Source: an uncultured Candidatus Entotheonella sp.
Lineage (GTDB): Bacteria > Tectomicrobia > Entotheonellia > Entotheonellales > Entotheonellaceae
Direction: 5' to 3'
Assembly (NCBI GenBank): GCA_965217185.1
Contig: OZ244252.1
Span: 1,856,001-1,920,000 of the forward strand
DNA: 64,000 nt
Shown: positions 59,570-64,000 of the stretch, piece after piece
Layout: every line of letters begins with the position of its first letter
Numbering within the stretch: the first letter of the stretch is position 1
The notes under the pieces: generated by a model
Seen by the model: the letters and a program-made list of their open reading frames with translations, nothing else
Told to the model about the DNA's origin: nothing
Databases searched by the model: none
Translations under genes and position numbers: made by a program

Positions 59570-60739
59570 CTACCCCGCTCGGCGCGCCACCACGAACGAC
59601 TCGTCGGTGAACCACAGGGATTGGTATTTCTGCAGCACGGACTGGGTAGCTTGCAGGTAAGCGCCCTGGCTCATGGCCTGCTGCAGCATGTCGTCCTCGA
59701 TCTGGGCGACGTAAATGGCGGCGTTCCAGGCAGCGAGGAGAGTGGAGGTGCCGATGTTGTTGGTGATTTCCCATGGCTGGGTGTGCAGGAGGTAATTGAA
59801 CTCGGAGCGCGCTTTGTTGTAGGGCTGGTAAGTCAGGTCCGGTTCGCTCTCCTGCAATTGGCTGCGCAATTCCTTGAGCAGGCCTTGGCGCGGGGTGCGA
59901 AAGGGATCCTCCTCGGGCCACACGGCGCGGATGATCTCCATGCCGGGATCGCGTCCGGTGGACTGGAAGGTCACCAACCGGCCGCCGGGCGCCAGACTGC
60001 GGGCCAGCGGCGCCAGGACGTTGCGGACCTTGAGCGGTGCGGGCAGGCGGGCGCGAAAAGGCTGCGATGCGATGACGAGGTCGTATTCGTGATTCTGCTG
60101 ACCCGGCTGCGGGATGATCGGATCGAGAACGAATTTATGGTCTTCGCGGTACAGAATCAGCACCGACGGCGTCACATACAGCGGATTGCCGGTGCGCTGG
60201 CTCGTCGTGGCCTGCCAGCCCTCGCGCAGATAGCTTTGCAGCTCGTTGATCTGCTGGTTGAACTCATACGCCGTGGTGCCTTGCAGGGGAATATCCCACC
60301 AGTTCAGCTTGGCCTGCATGGCCGGGTTGCGCGGCTGCAGCCGCGGCGCCTCGGAGTAGAACATGTTGGTGACGACCAGCACCGTCTGCGGGTGCTCGAA
60401 AAAACGGTCGCCCATACGCCCCAGGCTGATGCGCACGTCTTCCAGGCTGACTTCCTTGCCGACCACCAGAAAGGGGATGGTGGGAAAGCGGTGGTGCAAC
60501 TGCCGCATCACCTGGCTGAGCACGGTGGCGTCGCCCATGCCGGCATCGAAGACCCGCAGGGCGGGAGGCACCGGCCGCAGGTGCTTGAACTCCATGCCAA
60601 CGCGGTCGGCAACAACCCATTTTTCGCTGCACGTGGTCACAAACAACAGGTACTTTTCGCGGTTGTCGAAGAAGCGAAAATGCTGTATGTCAGTAGCGGT
60701 TTCCATGCGGTGCGGCCTCTCCTCGAAGGTTTGCGACAT
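59570..60739 (-). CDS. Conserved hypothetical protein, SAM-methyltransferase-like fold
   Basis: FRFFDNREKYLLFV, VFDAGMGD motif I-like, LAPGGRL. Confidence 0.7.
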   Translation of the reverse strand: MSQTFEERPHRMETATDIQHFRFFDNREKYLLFVTTCSEKWVVADRVGMEFKHLRPVPPALRVFDAGMGDATVLSQVMRQLHHRFPTIPFLVVGKEVSLEDVRISLGRMGDRFFEHPQTVLVVTNMFYSEAPRLQPRNPAMQAKLNWWDIPLQGTTAYEFNQQINELQSYLREGWQATTSQRTGNPLYVTPSVLILYREDHKFVLDPIIPQPGQQNHEYDLVIASQPFRARLPAPLKVRNVLAPLARSLAPGGRLVTFQSTGRDPGMEIIRAVWPEEDPFRTPRQGLLKELRSQLQESEPDLTYQPYNKARSEFNYLLHTQPWEITNNIGTSTLLAAWNAAIYVAQIEDDMLQQAMSQGAYLQATQSVLQKYQSLWFTDESFVVARRAG

Positions 60740-60871
60740 GGCGGGTGGTTGTAGCGTAGGGTCGGTTCAAAGTCAACGCCGCCACGCCGCTCGCCCCAGT
60801 CTACGGGACGGCAGGCATCGAACACGTCAACAGCGTCACGCAAGCAGCCCGTGATAGCGGAGGTTTATAAA

Positions 60872-61756
60872 ATGAACGCGCGTCCATTCGTAGAAGTTTT
60901 GGAATCGGGAAAATTTGTCGTCACTGCCGAGTTGAACCCGCCCAAGGGCACCAACCTCGAGCCGCTGTTTGCTCACGCCGAACGACTCAAGGATGACGTC
61001 GACGCGTTCAACCTGACCGATTCGCACAGCGCCCGCATGAGCATGGCCCCTATGGGGGCGGCGTCTCTGCTGGTGCAGCGAGGTATCGAACCGATCATGC
61101 AGGTCACCTGCCGCGACCGCAACCGCATTGCCCTGCAATCCGACCTGCTGGCAGCCCACGCGCTGGGGGTGCGCAACGTGCTGACGATGACCGGCGACAC
61201 CCCAGCGGCCGGCGACCACCCGGACGCCAAAGGCGTGTTCGACGTTGACGGCATCGGCCTGCTGCGGGCCGTTGCCGCCCTGCAATCGGGTCAGGACCTC
61301 GGCGGCCAATCCCTGCGCGGCGCACCTGATTTTTGCGTCGGCGCCGTCGTCAATCCCGGCGCGCCCGACTTGCAAAAGGAACTCGGCCGCATGCGCGACA
61401 AGATGGCCTGTGGCGCCCGCTTCTTCCAAACCCAGGCGGTGTACGATCCGTCAGCATTCGCGGCATTCATGCAGGAGGTGCAGGACGACAAGGCGTCGAT
61501 ACTCGCCAGTTGCATCGTGCTCAGATCGGCGAACATGGCCCGACGGATGAACACCGTGCCGGGTATTTCCATCCCCGAAACCCTGATCCAAGAGATGGAA
61601 GATGCCGCCGATCCGGCACGCCAAGGCATCGCCATCGCCGGACGCATCATTCGGGAGCTCAAGGGCCTGGCCCACGGCATTCACCTCATCGCCATTGGGC
61701 AGGAGAGTCGTATCCCTGATATCCTGGACGAGGCCGGTCTATCCAGTAAGAAATGA
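60872..61756 (+). CDS. metF: Methylenetetrahydrofolate reductase family protein
   Basis: TAELNPPKG, TCRDRNRIALQSDL, TGD, FFQTQAVYD. Confidence 0.88.
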   Translation: MNARPFVEVLESGKFVVTAELNPPKGTNLEPLFAHAERLKDDVDAFNLTDSHSARMSMAPMGAASLLVQRGIEPIMQVTCRDRNRIALQSDLLAAHALGVRNVLTMTGDTPAAGDHPDAKGVFDVDGIGLLRAVAALQSGQDLGGQSLRGAPDFCVGAVVNPGAPDLQKELGRMRDKMACGARFFQTQAVYDPSAFAAFMQEVQDDKASILASCIVLRSANMARRMNTVPGISIPETLIQEMEDAADPARQGIAIAGRIIRELKGLAHGIHLIAIGQESRIPDILDEAGLSSKK

Positions 61757-61902
61757 CCGCGGCGGTTTACCCCCCCCTCCCGGAAGTCGTGCCCCATTTG
61801 CTTCCCGCCTCATGGTCGTTGGAACCAGTCTGCCAATGTTTTGTTTTTCCTACAGCTACAGGAAAACGCGGCAGAAATTTCCAACTTATTGCAATTTGCC
61901 GA

Positions 61903-61962
61903 TTGACGTTGCAATATCCGTCACGTATCTTAGTTTCAGTTTTAATGCAATTTGCATTAAAA
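61903..61962 (+). promoter_or_regulatory. Sigma70-like promoter plus perfect palindromic operator upstream of the MerR-type gene
   Basis: TTGACG-17-TATCTT (61903-61931); TTTTAATGCAA-T-TTGCATTAAAA (61940-61962). Confidence 0.7.
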
Positions 61963-61973
61963 GGAATTCCCGC

Positions 61974-62429
61974 GTGGAATATTACGACAGCCGAACGGTC
62001 GCCACCCAGATCGGCATCCCCTATCGTACTCTCATGTACTGGGTGGAGACGGGGCTGATTCAGCCGCATGCCTACTCTGGACGGCGGCGCACTCCGGTAC
62101 GGTTTTCCGTTGAAGACGTCAAGGAGGTCGGTCGCTTGGCGCAGTTACGAAAATACCTCCGGGGACAGTCACTACGAGATGTCCTCAATAGGCTGCGCAA
62201 CATGGGACCTAACCCACTGTCGCAGGGTGATTTTCTGGTGCTGGAAAATCGCAAGGGCCAGCGCAACGTGATCAAGATCATGCAGAACAACGAAGCCATT
62301 CAACTTCTGAACGCCCAACCGGACAGCCAGTTGCGGCTCATCCCCCTCACTGGAGACGAAGTGCAGGACGCCATTTCGGCGGGGCGGCAGGAAGTATTGT
62401 TCAGCACGCTGGAGGACGACGCGCCGTAG
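61974..62429 (+). CDS. MerR-family HTH regulator
   Basis: VATQIGIPYRTLMYWVETGLIQP...RFSVEDV; GTG start after AAGGA. Confidence 0.8.
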   Translation: MEYYDSRTVATQIGIPYRTLMYWVETGLIQPHAYSGRRRTPVRFSVEDVKEVGRLAQLRKYLRGQSLRDVLNRLRNMGPNPLSQGDFLVLENRKGQRNVIKIMQNNEAIQLLNAQPDSQLRLIPLTGDEVQDAISAGRQEVLFSTLEDDAP

Positions 62430-62475
62430 CGCGCCGAGGAGCCTGAACGGGCGGAAATTTAGGGAAGGACATACC

Positions 62476-63267
62476 GTGTCTGACCTGATTCTGTGCGACC
62501 AACATGAGCATGTCGCCACCCTCACGCTGAACCGGCCGGCGAAACGGAATGCCATGTCGCCGGACCTGCTCACCGACCTGTCAGCACAGTTGCGACGGCT
62601 GAGGGAGAATCCGGGAGTTCGCGTACTCATTTTGCGCGGCCAGGGCACGAAGGCGTTTTCCGCTGGCTACGATATCGGTCACCTGCCGGCGCGCGAGGGC
62701 GACGAACCCCTTCCCGACAGCAACGGCGTCGGACTGTTCCAACGCATGCTGGAACAGGTCCGCACGTTCCATGCCCCGGTCATCGCCATGATTCACGGCT
62801 TCTGCATGGGCGGTGGATTGGAGTTGGCCGCCACCTGCGACATCCGCCTCACCGCTGACACCGGCACATTCTGCATGCCGCCAGCGCGCCTCGGCGCCCT
62901 GTATTCCGGCGAGGGCCTGCTGCGCTTCGTCAACCTGATCGGCCTCGCCAATACCTGCGAAATCTTCTATACCGCCTGCCGCTTCGACGCCCAACGTGCT
63001 CACCAAATGGGCTTGGTCAATCACGTCGCCCCGGCAACGGAACTCGAACAACGTACGGGCGACATGGCACAACAGATCGTGCGCAACGCTCCATTGTCAG
63101 TGAAAAACACTAAAACATCCCTGGCACACGTGCTGCGGTTTCAGGATTTTTCGCAGCACGCCGAAACCCTCAAACGCCTGCGTGACGCGTGCATGCAGAG
63201 CGACGACTTCCAGGAAGGCCGTCGTGCCTTTCTGGAGAAACGGCCGCCGGTGTTTCGCGGCGGCTAG
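62476..63267 (+). CDS. Enoyl-CoA hydratase/isomerase family
   Basis: LNRPAKRNAM, FSAGYD, GGGLELA, EGRRAFLEKR. Confidence 0.92.
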   Translation: MSDLILCDQHEHVATLTLNRPAKRNAMSPDLLTDLSAQLRRLRENPGVRVLILRGQGTKAFSAGYDIGHLPAREGDEPLPDSNGVGLFQRMLEQVRTFHAPVIAMIHGFCMGGGLELAATCDIRLTADTGTFCMPPARLGALYSGEGLLRFVNLIGLANTCEIFYTACRFDAQRAHQMGLVNHVAPATELEQRTGDMAQQIVRNAPLSVKNTKTSLAHVLRFQDFSQHAETLKRLRDACMQSDDFQEGRRAFLEKRPPVFRGG

Positions 63268-63350
63268 GACGGCGTTACCGGGCAAGCGCCGTCACCCCGC
63301 CTGCCCACGTCTCCTCAACCCCACAGACCCCTTCCGTTTCTCCTTCCGCA

Positions 63351-63378
63351 GTCAGGGGCGGGCCCCGTAGCCCGCCCT
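63351..63378. repeat. GC hairpin (REP-like or terminator) between convergent genes
   Basis: GGGCGGGC-CCCGTA-GCCCGCCC. Confidence 0.4.
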
Positions 63379-63425
63379 CCCCGCCGCCCGGCGAGGCGTA
63401 CTAAGGAATCGGATGGAAACCTGCC

Positions 63426-63812
63426 CTACACGTCAGGTACGAGCCGGATGAGCACTTCGGTGCCGTCGGCGAAAGCTTTGCGCAACCGCGGCCCCAGAAT
63501 CCACCAACGTAACCAGTAACGCCGGCGATAGGTGCGCAGGAGGCGGGTGTGCAATTCGGCAGCGTCCTCCAGAAGTTGCGCGTCACATGACAAGCTGGGG
63601 CCGCTGGGACTACCGGCATGCACCGTTACCCGCCCGGTTTGACGAATGCGGCGCACCTTCAAGGTATCTCGCTGGCTGCAGAAATAGATGGCGTCCTCAT
63701 CGAGCAGGAACAGGACCGGTACGGTGCCGGATTTGCTGTTGACGCCGAAGGTGGTCAGATAAAGAAGCTTGGCGCCTTGCAGAGCGCGCCGAAATTCCAG
63801 AGGGAAGGTCAT
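63426..63812 (-). CDS. Pyridoxamine 5'-phosphate oxidase-like split-barrel protein
   Basis: LYLTTFG...TVPVLF...KVRRIRQTGRVTV. Confidence 0.75.
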   Translation of the reverse strand: MTFPLEFRRALQGAKLLYLTTFGVNSKSGTVPVLFLLDEDAIYFCSQRDTLKVRRIRQTGRVTVHAGSPSGPSLSCDAQLLEDAAELHTRLLRTYRRRYWLRWWILGPRLRKAFADGTEVLIRLVPDV

Positions 63813-64000
63813 GCCGTCATACCCGCCCGCGCCCCTGTTGGGAGCGGCCATTGATTGTTGAGGGTCCAGGAAGAGGGACAGGCCGGCATGATATCGTAAA
63901 TTCAACACCGCTTTCCCGATGGCTCCCGGAGCGCCCCGCATTTGACAATTCCCGCCTGTTCTGAGAAGGTCATGCCTAGGCATTCCCGCCGAAGGCCACC

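Overview
GC-rich bacterial chromosomal segment with no rRNA, tRNA or CRISPR array seen. 1-20.3 kb is a phosphate/polyphosphate cluster: pstS-pstC-pstA, a PhoB-like regulator, OprO/P porin, aquaglyceroporin, ppk1, a CHAD protein fused to an alkyltransferase-like domain, ppx, sixA and ppgK. Between the convergent ppx and sixA genes lies an accessory stretch (15.16-18.95 kb) punctuated by four directly repeated dif-like (XerC/XerD) sites. These bracket single-gene or non-coding modules like a cassette array. The first site is split by an IS and one cassette gene is split by a 254-bp MITE. 20-48.5 kb is mostly housekeeping and metabolic (moeA, purE, tsaC, rho, rpmE, prfA, prmC, hisB/H/F, CoA enzymes), plus a broken DUF433/PIN toxin-antitoxin pair and a K+ channel homologue lacking its pore loop. 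48.7-59.4 kb holds two candidate anti-phage operons flanking cinA: nuclease + wHTH + AAA ATPase, and a five-gene unit with two tandem DUF2791/BrxD-like ATPases and an SNF2 helicase. All family assignments come from motif recognition by eye; no database searches were run.
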